From Pseudomonadota bacterium (GTDB taxonomy: Bacteria > Pseudomonadota > Gammaproteobacteria > Burkholderiales > REEB80): a stretch of DNA of 64,000 bases. The stretch is from positions 5,642 through 69,641 of the forward strand of contig JAGWIG010000010.1 in assembly GCA_028873515.1 (NCBI GenBank), in the 5' to 3' direction. Shown one piece after another: positions 1-8,926 of this stretch. Numbering within the stretch: the stretch's first letter is position 1; the number at the start of each line of letters is the position of its first letter. Below the pieces are notes generated by a model. The model saw only the letters and a program-made list of their open reading frames with translations, did no database searches and was not told the DNA's origin. The translations under genes were made by a program, and so were the position numbers.

Positions 1-99
1 GATTAAGCGCCAATACAAAAACCAGTGAAGGAGGCCACTGCGGTAGCCTGGAAACAACCCGACCCATCATCCTCAACAATCCTGCCTCCTGAACCGCAT

Positions 100-1041
100 T
101 CATTGCCACTCTTCTTCTTCCGGCCGCCAGGCTTCCATGCCTGGACGACCATGCCAATACCCATCACAGGAAGAAACAGGTATCCATTTCTCAATCAATG
201 CCCTCCCATATGAAGATTCAACCTTTCCCCTGGAACAATCATCAAAGGCTCGAATAATATTTCTCATATGCCTTGATTGCGGACTGATCCGAAGGGTGGT
301 CACTCCACATTCTTTCATGGATTCAATCTGATCAATCAAACAATAGGTTCGGGCTGACTGTGTCTGGGTACCATTCACAACCAGAAAAGGCTGATCTTCC
401 CTCGTCTGAAGCAAGAGGCCATCTGGATCATGAATGCACCGAAACTCACATTTATCCTTTGAAAGGTTATGGTATCGAGCGGTGAAACAACGGGCGGAAT
501 AAGCAAGCGGCAATCTTCCAAACACAAAAACTTCTGTTTCAATCGGATTCTTCAGCTGGGGCAACAGTTCAGCCAAATCTTCCTTCGAATATTCTATGGG
601 CATAACCCAACGTCTTGCCCCAAGCATGGTGACGATATCAATACTCGCCGCATTATAAAGATTAAGATGGGGACCAGCGATAAAGGGAATCTGCCCAACA
701 CTTCGCCTAAGTGCACCCATATCATTGACCTCGACCTCAAATTCACCGTTTTCTGCAATCCTGCACATGGTTTTCAGGTCAGACTGGGATTCAATCAATA
801 CAGGTGTAGACAGAACAACCTCTTTCCCTGCAGCTTTCAGATCCTTGCCTATGGAAATCCAGTCGCTCAGGCGCATCTCGTGACGCCTCGAACATACAAC
901 CTCACCCAGGTAAACCGTATGAAGCTCACTCTCCGCCATCTCGGCGTAGAACCCCAGAATCTGGTCACGGGGCCAGTAATAGAATAGTGGTCCAAGTGCG
1001 AGACGGGGGGATCTTGACTTATTGATTTCAGAAATATCCAT
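100..1041 (-). CDS. ubiV: U32-family protein, UbiV-type (O2-independent ubiquinone biosynthesis accessory factor)
   Basis: 313-aa ORF with a YhbV/UbiV-like N-terminus (LGPLFYYWP). Cys pattern VVCSRR ... ARCFTARY ... KCEFRC fits the 4-Cys Fe-S site of UbiV. Lies 9 nt downstream of the ubiU-like ORF. Confidence 0.7.
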   Translation of the reverse strand: MDISEINKSRSPRLALGPLFYYWPRDQILGFYAEMAESELHTVYLGEVVCSRRHEMRLSDWISIGKDLKAAGKEVVLSTPVLIESQSDLKTMCRIAENGEFEVEVNDMGALRRSVGQIPFIAGPHLNLYNAASIDIVTMLGARRWVMPIEYSKEDLAELLPQLKNPIETEVFVFGRLPLAYSARCFTARYHNLSKDKCEFRCIHDPDGLLLQTREDQPFLVVNGTQTQSARTYCLIDQIESMKECGVTTLRISPQSRHMRNIIRAFDDCSRGKVESSYGRALIEKWIPVSSCDGYWHGRPGMEAWRPEEEEWQ

Positions 1042-1050
1042 ATACCTCTC

Positions 1051-2082
1051 CTACTTCCATGGGCGGCTGTAAGCCCCAAGCGTATGCTGATTACCTTCCG
1101 CTACTTTATCCAATTCAGTCTTCCAGGCAGGAAGCACCCGATAGTTGATGCGGTCACACAGGCATTGATCAATAGCCTGGCGCCAGACCTTGGTAACCTG
1201 TGCTACATAGGCAGGACTTCGCTGACGCCCTTCGATCTTGATGGCAAAGACCCCGAGGTCCATAATTTTGGGCAAAACAGCCAGGACATTAAGGCTAGTG
1301 GGTTCCTCAATGGCATAATAGACATCATTGCCAACCTGAAAACGTCCCTTACAGATCACTGGATAGCCAGCACTTTCACCAATCTCGAAGCGATCCACCA
1401 AAAGACCGTTTAACCTGGATTCAAGACCCTTCGGGGTATTTTGCCAGCGAACCGCCCTGGCGGGTGAACAGACCCCATGCAGATTCGGAGCCTCACCTGC
1501 GGTATAAGACGATAAGGCACAATGACCTTCAAGCATGACACATAGGCTCCCAAAACCAAAAAGCTCAATCTCCACGGAGGTCTGGCCTATCAACTGTTCT
1601 ACCTGCTCCAGTGAGAGCACTCGGGGAAGAACAGCCCGCTTAATACCATAATAATCATGATAAAAATTAAGTGCTTCAGAATTGGTTGCTGATCCCTGGA
1701 CAGAAAGATGCCGCCGTAAATCGGGGTAGCGCTTCTGGGCATAATCCATTAAACCCAAGTCTGCCATAATCAGGGCGTCTGCCCCTGCCCCATGGGCAAT
1801 ATCTATGGATTTGTGCCACTGGGTGGTCAAGTGTTGCTGGGCATAGGTATTAATGGCAACATAAACTTTCTTTCCAGCAGCGTGGACATATTCAACTGCT
1901 TGTATCAATCCTTTTTCATCAAAATTGAGGCCAGCAAAATTCCGTGCGTTGGTATTTCCCCTCAACCCAAGATAGACACAGTCCGCACCCTCTTCCACGG
2001 CAGCCTTCAAAGCCCGTAAACTCCCTGCGGGACAGACCAGTTCGAGGCGATTAACCGATGAAAGACCATCCGAAACAGTCAT
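1051..2082 (-). CDS. ubiU: U32-family protein, UbiU-type (O2-independent ubiquinone biosynthesis accessory factor)
   Basis: 343-aa ORF with YhbU-like sequence (LELVCPAGSL, EGADCVYLGL). Cys cluster CVMLEGHCALSSY...GVCSP...ICKGRF. Paired with ubiV. Confidence 0.7.
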   Translation of the reverse strand: MTVSDGLSSVNRLELVCPAGSLRALKAAVEEGADCVYLGLRGNTNARNFAGLNFDEKGLIQAVEYVHAAGKKVYVAINTYAQQHLTTQWHKSIDIAHGAGADALIMADLGLMDYAQKRYPDLRRHLSVQGSATNSEALNFYHDYYGIKRAVLPRVLSLEQVEQLIGQTSVEIELFGFGSLCVMLEGHCALSSYTAGEAPNLHGVCSPARAVRWQNTPKGLESRLNGLLVDRFEIGESAGYPVICKGRFQVGNDVYYAIEEPTSLNVLAVLPKIMDLGVFAIKIEGRQRSPAYVAQVTKVWRQAIDQCLCDRINYRVLPAWKTELDKVAEGNQHTLGAYSRPWK

Positions 2083-2710
2083 GAAAAAATCCCCCCTATC
2101 TCCAAGTGGGCCTGCTTAATCTCAAGAATACCCTCTAGTCCTGTTTTCTCACCCGTGGTAAAGTCAGAACCTTAACATGTTCCATGATTGTGAAATTTGC
2201 TCTAAATCATAAATTTTTAAGGTTATCAATCATTCCGATAACAATTTCTCAGCCTTGACGCATATTCAGCCTCGTAGTTCAAAATCACCTGAAACCCCTA
2301 AATTAAGAGGCGATGCTGTTGATACCTTCAATCTCCGGCCTGAATAAGCCAAGCCTAGGCAATACATTTATGGCAGGTTATCGGGTTACCTCTTATTCGG
2401 AGAGTTCGGGGAGCAGTCTATGGACATTCAAGAAAAATATGAGTAACAATAAAACCACATTGTCATATTGACTTAATGATCCATTATGATTTTCATCATC
2501 GGGTGCACCCAGGCAGAAATTATTAAAGGAAGACCATGTTTGTCCTGATCTCGATCACCAGACCCCATCAGGATAAAAACCGAATAAAGACCGGACAGGC
2601 AGGAAAAAGTTAATATGTATTGCCCGTACCGGGAATACATGTGAGTGGTAATTTATTTAGATCGAAAAAAATCATTCCTTACCCAGGCTCATTTTTTGAT
2701 TGCCAATATC

Positions 2711-5233
2711 ATGACTCCTCTGTCTTCTAAAGCCAGCATGAGCGAAAATTTTCCCCAAGGCCTAACCCAGGACATCGCGAAAATCCGTCTTGCGGCAGAA
2801 GGGCCCAATGAGATCGCAACCGATCAGCGACGAACCACCCTTGACATTGCCATCGAAGTCGCACGCGAACCCATGTTCCTGTTACTGCTAATCGCCGGGG
2901 GCATCTATTACATACTGGGCGATGCACAAGAAGCTCTCATTCTTCTGGGTTTTGTGATCATTATCATGACCATAACCATTCTTCAGGAGAATCGTACTGA
3001 AAACATCCTGGAAACCCTGCGCGATCTTTCCAGCCCACGGGCACTTGTCATCCGTAATGGAACCCCTACACGTATCGCCGGACGTGAAGTCGTACGCGAA
3101 GACACCCTGATTCTGGTTGAGGGTGACCGGGTTCCGGCAGACGGCATGGTAATGGAAGCCCATGAACTCGCTGCCGACGAATCCATGCTTACGGGTGAAT
3201 CTGAAACCGTACCAAAATTCTCAAAACAGGACCAGGTCTTTGCCGGAACCCTGATTGTGCGTGGGCAAGGATTGATAAAAGTCAGCTCCATCGGTCGCAA
3301 AACCGAATTGGGCCGTATCGGTAAATCCCTGCAAGACATCACATCCGAGTCTTCACCTCTACAGGATGAAGTGGGATTACTTGCACGACGTCTGGCACTG
3401 ATAGCCATAGGCTTAAGCCTTGCCCTAACAGTTATTTACTGGATATTTCGGCACGACTGGCTTCATGGCCTGCTCGCTGGCATCACTCTGGCCATGAGTC
3501 TTCTACCTCAGGAAATCCCGGTCATCATGATTATCTTTTTTGCTCTTGGAGCACGTCGGATTGCCAATCAGAAAGTATTGACCCGACGTCTCCATGCCAT
3601 TGAAACCTTGGGCGAAACAACCGTACTCTGTGTAGACAAAACCGGAACGCTTACCGAGAACCATATGACTATAGCCGCCTTGTCCGTTGGCGGACAACTT
3701 CTCAAAACAGAGGCTCTTGAGGAAGGAGGGCTACCTGATCCTTATCATGAACTTCTTGAATATGCGGTTCTTGCAAGCGAAATTGACCCTCATGACCCCA
3801 TGGAACTGGCTTTTCATCATTTTGCCAAGGAATATCTGGCCAATACGGAACATCTTCACCCAGACTGGTCACTCACACGCGAATATGAGATTTCTCCCAG
3901 ACTTCTTGCCATGTCCCATCTTTGGCGAAACCATTCCGGCCAGTATGATGTTGCTGCTGCCAAAGGCGCACCCGAAGCCATTTCAGATCTTTGTCATATG
4001 ACAATCGATGAACAGCTTCAAGTAAATCACGATGCTGAAATCATGGCTGATCAGGGTTTGCGCGTCTTAGGTGTTGCCAAGGCAAACCATAGTATCCAGA
4101 TACCCAACCCCGAAAGCCAGCATGATTTTTCTTTTAAATTCGTGGGTCTCGTGGGTCTTGCCGATCCATTGCGAGCTGAAGTGCCTGATGCGATTACTGA
4201 ATGTCACCAGGCAGGAATTCGCGTAATCATGATCACCGGGGATCACCCCCGCACCGCCCGAGCCATTGCAGCCAGTGCCGGAATCCCTGGCAAGGTGATC
4301 ATCACGGGTAATGAAATGGAAAAAATGGACACTTTAACGCTTGCAAGACAAATCGCATCAGTACATGTCTTTGCCCGGGTTACACCTGCACAGAAACTCG
4401 CCATCGTTGAAGCCCTGAAAGAAAATGGGGAAATTGTCGCCATGACTGGCGATGGAGTCAATGATGCCCCAGCCCTTAAATCTGCTCACATCGGTATTGC
4501 CATGGGAAAACGTGGAACCGATGTCGCCCGTGAGGCGGCTTCGCTTATTCTGCTTGAAGACGACTTTACGGCCATTCTCTCGGCAATACGGCTTGGGCGG
4601 CGTATTTTTGTCAACCTGCGTCAAGCCATGGTCTATACCCTGGCAGTTCATATTCCAATCATTGGGCTATCCATTCTCCCTCTGATGTTCGGTCTTCCAC
4701 TCATCCTGACCCCTATCCACATTGCCTTTCTCGAACTGGTCATTGATCCTTCCTGCTCTCTCACATTTGAAGCCGAAACCGCAAGCCCCTACCTGATGGA
4801 ACAACCACCAAGATCTGCAACTGAATCTCTGGTTTCTTCACACCAACTCACCCTGAGTCTCATCCAGGGGCTCCTTGTGACGCTAGCGGCCATGGCCTAT
4901 TACAGCTGGGCACTATCTAAAGGCGAACCGGCCGGACATGCACGAACACTGGCTTTCATCATTCTGGTTACCGCCAATTCTGCATTGATTCTACCAACCC
5001 GTTCCCCTGAGCCTGGCTGGTTTCGATTATTCTCAAAAATTTCCTCAACCGGAATAATGGTGCTAGGTGCTACCTTGATGGGCTTGATGGTAATCACCGA
5101 AATTCCTGTCATTGCCCAGGCCTTTTCGTTTTCTCCTCCTGCCATTACTCAATGGCTGTCAGCCTTCCTGATCGGAGCCAGCATGCTGATATTGTTTGAA
5201 TGGACAAAACTGGGTCTGTACAAACGCCCCTAG
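2711..5233 (+). CDS. Cation-translocating P-type ATPase (P2/Ca2+-ATPase-like)
   Basis: Motifs TGES, CVDKTGTLT (phospho-Asp), ITGDHPRTA, TGDGVNDAPAL, plus C-terminal TM helices. The ORF opens at 2645 (GTG). ATG 2711 (MTPLSS) is chosen because it precedes the Cation_ATPase_N-like GLT..RL..GPNE segment. Start is uncertain. Confidence 0.85.
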   Translation: MTPLSSKASMSENFPQGLTQDIAKIRLAAEGPNEIATDQRRTTLDIAIEVAREPMFLLLLIAGGIYYILGDAQEALILLGFVIIIMTITILQENRTENILETLRDLSSPRALVIRNGTPTRIAGREVVREDTLILVEGDRVPADGMVMEAHELAADESMLTGESETVPKFSKQDQVFAGTLIVRGQGLIKVSSIGRKTELGRIGKSLQDITSESSPLQDEVGLLARRLALIAIGLSLALTVIYWIFRHDWLHGLLAGITLAMSLLPQEIPVIMIIFFALGARRIANQKVLTRRLHAIETLGETTVLCVDKTGTLTENHMTIAALSVGGQLLKTEALEEGGLPDPYHELLEYAVLASEIDPHDPMELAFHHFAKEYLANTEHLHPDWSLTREYEISPRLLAMSHLWRNHSGQYDVAAAKGAPEAISDLCHMTIDEQLQVNHDAEIMADQGLRVLGVAKANHSIQIPNPESQHDFSFKFVGLVGLADPLRAEVPDAITECHQAGIRVIMITGDHPRTARAIAASAGIPGKVIITGNEMEKMDTLTLARQIASVHVFARVTPAQKLAIVEALKENGEIVAMTGDGVNDAPALKSAHIGIAMGKRGTDVAREAASLILLEDDFTAILSAIRLGRRIFVNLRQAMVYTLAVHIPIIGLSILPLMFGLPLILTPIHIAFLELVIDPSCSLTFEAETASPYLMEQPPRSATESLVSSHQLTLSLIQGLLVTLAAMAYYSWALSKGEPAGHARTLAFIILVTANSALILPTRSPEPGWFRLFSKISSTGIMVLGATLMGLMVITEIPVIAQAFSFSPPAITQWLSAFLIGASMLILFEWTKLGLYKRP

Positions 5234-5717
5234 CAGCCTCGGCTTATCTAAATACGGATTAACCGTTCCAGCTCTGGAAACGATAAAAAACATTAAAACC
5301 GTCTGACAGAATAAAACTTGAACATCAGGAAATACAGTATTTTCACAGCATGATAGGTTCACTCAATTACCCAGGGAGAGCAGCTCTTCATGAATTACCG
5401 GACATGGCTTCAGTTCCATATCATCTGGCATCAAAACCTGGAAAATTCTCTTCAACAAAGCAAATCACATAATAAGTGCGCCAAATCAATAAACCTGCAT
5501 TTATATCCAGGCCAAAAAAATGGGACATGCGAAGTACCAACCCAAACAGGATGCTGGGTATAGCTGAATAAATGAAAAATGCCCAGCTTAATCTATTTCC
5601 AACTCATTGTTATAAAAAAATAAATCATGATAGCCCTTCAACTACTCAACTACATGTCAATCTTCTGCGGACCAAAATAATGGCCGGGTTCCCGTTTATG
5701 GCCTGATTGACATAATA

Positions 5718-5759
5718 ACTACATAATGTATTTTTAACTGGTAATATCACTATATAGTG
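5718..5759 (+). promoter_or_regulatory. Candidate pair of NrdR boxes upstream of nrdD
   Basis: ACTACATAATGT (5718-5729) and the perfect palindrome CACTATATAGTG (5748-5759), with centres about 30 bp apart, 65-105 nt upstream of the nrdD ATG. Both resemble the NrdR consensus acaCwAtATaTwGtgt. Confidence 0.5.
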
Positions 5760-5824
5760 TGTTTTACCAGCGCCACCCACTCATCTTCTTGACCTGAGGT
5801 CAAAACAGCTTTTCAGGAGGAAAA

Positions 5825-7870
5825 ATGCCAACCCATTCAAATGAAAATCAAAACAGCAGCCTCATTCCAATGCCATCTGAAGTTATCAAACGCAATGGCA
5901 CCCGAACCACTTTCAATGCCAGCAAAATTCACTCCGCTATTCAGAAAGCAGGGCAAGCCAGTGGGGAATATGATGCCAATGAAGCAGAACTGCTTGCCAC
6001 CCAGGTTATAAAAGTGCTGATTCACAAATTCCGGGGCAAGCCTGCTTCTATTGAAAGCATACAGGACACTGTTGAACAGATCCTGATCTCGGCGAACCAT
6101 CTCGTTACCGCACGGGCCTATATCGTTTACCGTGAACAACATAAAAAATTACGCCAGGATAGTATCACCGTCGTCGATGTAGCCAGCTCCATCAATGAAT
6201 ATCTAGAACAACAGGACTGGCGCGTCAACGCAAATGCCAATCAGGGTTATAGCCTGGGCGGCCTGATTCTCAACATTTCAGGAAAAATGGTTGCCAATTA
6301 CTGGCTGAATCACGTCTACTCCCCAGAAATGGGCAAGGCACATCGCCAGGGTGATCTACATATCCACGATCTCGACATGCTCGCCGGCTACTGCGCTGGC
6401 TGGTCACTACGTACCCTGCTTGCAGAAGGTTTGAATGGTGTTCAAGGTAAGGTCGAGGCAGGGCCGCCTAAACATCTTTCAAGTGCAGTTGGACAAATCG
6501 TAAATTTTCTGGGTACGCTGCAAAACGAATGGGCAGGTGCCCAAGCCTTCAGTTCCTTTGATACCTACATGGCACCCTTTATACGAAAGGACAATCTCTC
6601 CTACCATGAAGTCAGGCAATGCGTTCAGGAACTCATCTACAACCTGAATGTGCCTTCCCGCTGGGGCACACAAACACCTTTTACCAATCTGACCTTTGAC
6701 TGGACCTGTCCGGATGATCTCAAGGAGCAAGTGCCTATTATCGCCGGCAAGGAAATGCCCTTTACCTACGGGGATCTTCAAGCAGAAATGGATGTTATCA
6801 ATCGCGCCTATATCGAGGTCATGACAAAAGGAGACGACAAAGGCCGGGTATTCACCTTTCCGATCCCAACTTACAACATAACCCCGGATTTTCCATGGGA
6901 AAGCGATAATACCCGCCTGCTTTTTGAAATGACTGCAAAATATGGGCTGCCCTATTTTCAGAATTTTATCAACTCCGAACTCAAACCCAACATGATCCGG
7001 TCGATGTGCTGCCGCCTTCAGCTCGATCTACGGGAGCTGTTAAAGCGTGGCAACGGACTTTTTGGCAGCGCTGAACAAACGGGCTCAATAGGCGTTGTAA
7101 CCATTAATTGTGCCCGCCTTGGCTACCTCCACAAAGGAGATGAAAAAGCCTTGCTCGCCCGTCTTGAAACGCTTCTGGAAATCGGCAAGAACAGTCTTGA
7201 ACTTAAACGCAAAGTTATTCAGCGTCACATGGACGCGGGCTTGTTCCCCTACACCAGGCGCTATCTTGGAACCCTACGCAACCATTTCTCCACTCTTGGG
7301 GTCAATGGTATTAATGAAATGATCCGTAATTTCAGTGATGATCATCATGATATTACAACCGGCTGGGGATACCAGTTCGCCCTAAAACTCCTTGATCGCA
7401 TACGTGAACGGATGCTTCAGTTTCAGGATGAAACCGGGCATATGTATAATCTGGAAGCAACACCTGCAGAAGGCACTACCTACCGTTTTGCCAAGGAAGA
7501 TCGCAAGAGATTTCCGGATATCCTTCAGGCGGGAACTCAGGATATGCCCTATTACACCAATTCTTCACAATTACCTGTAGGTTACACGGATGATCCTTTT
7601 GAAGCCCTGGAGAAACAGGATGCATTGCAGAAAAAATATACCGGGGGGACTGTTCTACATTTATACATGACCGAACGTCTGTCTAATGCCGAAGCCTGCA
7701 AAAACCTGGTAAAACGCGCCCTTGAACGTTTCACCCTTCCTTACATCACCCTTACCCCCACTTTCTCAATTTGTCCGAAACATGGCTATCTGGATGGAGA
7801 GCATCGATTCTGTCCGAAATGCGATCAGGAAATACTGGCTGCCAAAACAGAATACCAGGTCACAGCTTAG
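5825..7870 (+). CDS. nrdD: Anaerobic ribonucleoside-triphosphate reductase NrdD (class III), apparently truncated before the glycyl-radical motif
   Basis: 681-aa ORF with RBS AGGAGG upstream and an N-terminal ATP-cone (VIKRNGTRTTFNASKI). NrdD core present (CCRLQLD, TFPIPTYN) with a C-terminal Zn-site-like ICPKHG...FCPKC. The ORF ends 15 aa after CPKC, without an RxxGY glycyl-radical sequence. Confidence 0.85.
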   Translation: MPTHSNENQNSSLIPMPSEVIKRNGTRTTFNASKIHSAIQKAGQASGEYDANEAELLATQVIKVLIHKFRGKPASIESIQDTVEQILISANHLVTARAYIVYREQHKKLRQDSITVVDVASSINEYLEQQDWRVNANANQGYSLGGLILNISGKMVANYWLNHVYSPEMGKAHRQGDLHIHDLDMLAGYCAGWSLRTLLAEGLNGVQGKVEAGPPKHLSSAVGQIVNFLGTLQNEWAGAQAFSSFDTYMAPFIRKDNLSYHEVRQCVQELIYNLNVPSRWGTQTPFTNLTFDWTCPDDLKEQVPIIAGKEMPFTYGDLQAEMDVINRAYIEVMTKGDDKGRVFTFPIPTYNITPDFPWESDNTRLLFEMTAKYGLPYFQNFINSELKPNMIRSMCCRLQLDLRELLKRGNGLFGSAEQTGSIGVVTINCARLGYLHKGDEKALLARLETLLEIGKNSLELKRKVIQRHMDAGLFPYTRRYLGTLRNHFSTLGVNGINEMIRNFSDDHHDITTGWGYQFALKLLDRIRERMLQFQDETGHMYNLEATPAEGTTYRFAKEDRKRFPDILQAGTQDMPYYTNSSQLPVGYTDDPFEALEKQDALQKKYTGGTVLHLYMTERLSNAEACKNLVKRALERFTLPYITLTPTFSICPKHGYLDGEHRFCPKCDQEILAAKTEYQVTA

Positions 7871-7918
7871 CCTGGACTTCCTATCGCTGCCAATATCTGG
7901 CAGATTTTAGCAGCGATA

Positions 7919-7958
7919 ATTCAATTATTATTGAATATTTCAATATTCATTGTATAAT
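7919..7958 (+). promoter_or_regulatory. Candidate ars promoter/ArsR operator (overlapping AT-rich palindromes plus -10)
   Basis: Inverted repeats ATTCAAT-tatt-ATTGAAT (7919-7936) and GAATAT-ttca-ATATTC (7933-7948), followed by TATAAT (7953-7958) just upstream of the arsR ATG at 7966. Confidence 0.4.
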
Positions 7959-7965
7959 TGCGTTC

Positions 7966-8310
7966 ATGGATACCCAAACAGCACTTAATGCATTTGCCGC
8001 CCTGGCCCATGATTCCCGGCTTTCCATCATTCGCCTGCTGATTAAGGCAGGCCCTGAGGGACTTTCTGCCGGGGTCATTGGCCAACATCTTAACATCATG
8101 GCATCCGCGCTTTCATTTCACCTGAATTATCTGGCGCAATGCAAATTAATCAGCGCCCAGCATCAAGGCAGGCGAATTATTTATGCGGCCTGTTTTAACA
8201 TCATGACAGAATTAATCCAGTTTCTCTCTGAAAACTGCTGTGAAGGCAAAGAATGTTCACTCGTAGACTCTTCAGCCTTGATAATGTGCAGCCAGGAACC
8301 CCGCTCATGA
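7966..8310 (+). CDS. arsR: ArsR/SmtB-family transcriptional repressor
   Basis: MDTQTALNAFAALAHDSRLSIIRLL... is a typical ArsR wHTH. C-terminal Cys-rich tail (ENCCEGKEC). Internal ATG chosen inside the 7771-8310 ORF. Confidence 0.8.
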   Translation: MDTQTALNAFAALAHDSRLSIIRLLIKAGPEGLSAGVIGQHLNIMASALSFHLNYLAQCKLISAQHQGRRIIYAACFNIMTELIQFLSENCCEGKECSLVDSSALIMCSQEPRS

Positions 8311-8407
8311 TCCCGACTCTTACAGGCCAGACACCCAACCAGTGAACCAGGCCACAGGATTTATGCCAAATTCCTGACCCGGTTTGAACACTTTATGGAG
8401 GAGAAGC

Positions 8408-8923
8408 ATGCTGATGAAATCCAGACCCTACAATGTATTGTTCCTTTGTACAGGCAATTCCGCACGCAGCATCTTTGCAGAATCAATCCTGAACCACCTG
8501 GGTGAAGGCCGCTTTATAGCCTATAGTGCAGGCAGTCACCCAACAGGGGCCATTCACCCTTACACATACGAAATCCTCGAAAAAACCCAATTGAAGACCC
8601 TTACGTTGCGAAGCAAATCCTGGGATGAATTCCAGGGTCCCAATGCTCCAAAAATGGATTTCATTTTTACCGTCTGTGCATCTGCAGCAGGAGAATCTTG
8701 TCCTGTCTGGCCTGGAAATCCGATTACAGGGCATTGGAACATTGACGATCCGGCCTCGGTGACGGGTAGCGAAGAACAAAAACACCAGGCCTTTCATCAG
8801 GCATACAGGCAACTTTATCGCCGCATCAGCCAGTTTATCAGCCTGCCTGCCAGCAAACTGGACAGCCTTTCCCTCGAATCCGGCCAACCTGGCAATAACT
8901 CCTCGCGGAAAGCAGGTCAGTAA
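8408..8923 (+). CDS. arsC: Arsenate reductase, LMW-PTP (thioredoxin-coupled) type
   Basis: P-loop LCTGNSARS (CX5R) and downstream Cys pair CASAAGESC. GGAGGAG RBS lies before ATG 8408. Confidence 0.85.
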   Translation: MLMKSRPYNVLFLCTGNSARSIFAESILNHLGEGRFIAYSAGSHPTGAIHPYTYEILEKTQLKTLTLRSKSWDEFQGPNAPKMDFIFTVCASAAGESCPVWPGNPITGHWNIDDPASVTGSEEQKHQAFHQAYRQLYRRISQFISLPASKLDSLSLESGQPGNNSSRKAGQ

Positions 8924-8926
8924 ACC

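Noticed and set aside
3-213. Short ORFs at the left window edge (3-194 minus, 25-213 plus).
   Set aside because: They overlap the ubiV 3' end and each other, and have no recognisable motifs. The edge position prevents judging any real downstream gene.
469-987. 172-aa ORF antisense to ubiV. Similar long shadow ORFs occur at 8483-9172, 10551-10883, 20344-20916, 27973-28572, 33392-33901, 34576-35068, 54028-54628 and elsewhere.
   Set aside because: Each lies entirely inside a much longer ORF on the opposite strand or another frame that has clear family signatures. Their translations are low-complexity or Arg/Ser/Pro-rich, as is typical of antisense reading.

They are treated as non-coding shadows.
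2083-2644. Search for an FNR/CRP-type site (TTGAT-N4-ATCAA) in the ubiU upstream region. Candidates included TTGATACCTTCAATC (about 2318-2332) and ATGATT-N14-AATCAT (about 2183-2208).
   Set aside because: Neither candidate matches the FNR half-site spacing or orientation.

No claim can be supported without a PWM scan.
7871-7912. The +1-frame peptide AWTSYRCQYLADF considered as definite proof of a frameshifted glycyl-radical motif.
   Set aside because: Only 4 of 7 positions match S-R-V-C-G-Y-L, the key Gly is Gln, and the spacing from the CxxC is longer than expected.

It is kept only as a caveat inside the nrdD finding, not as a feature.
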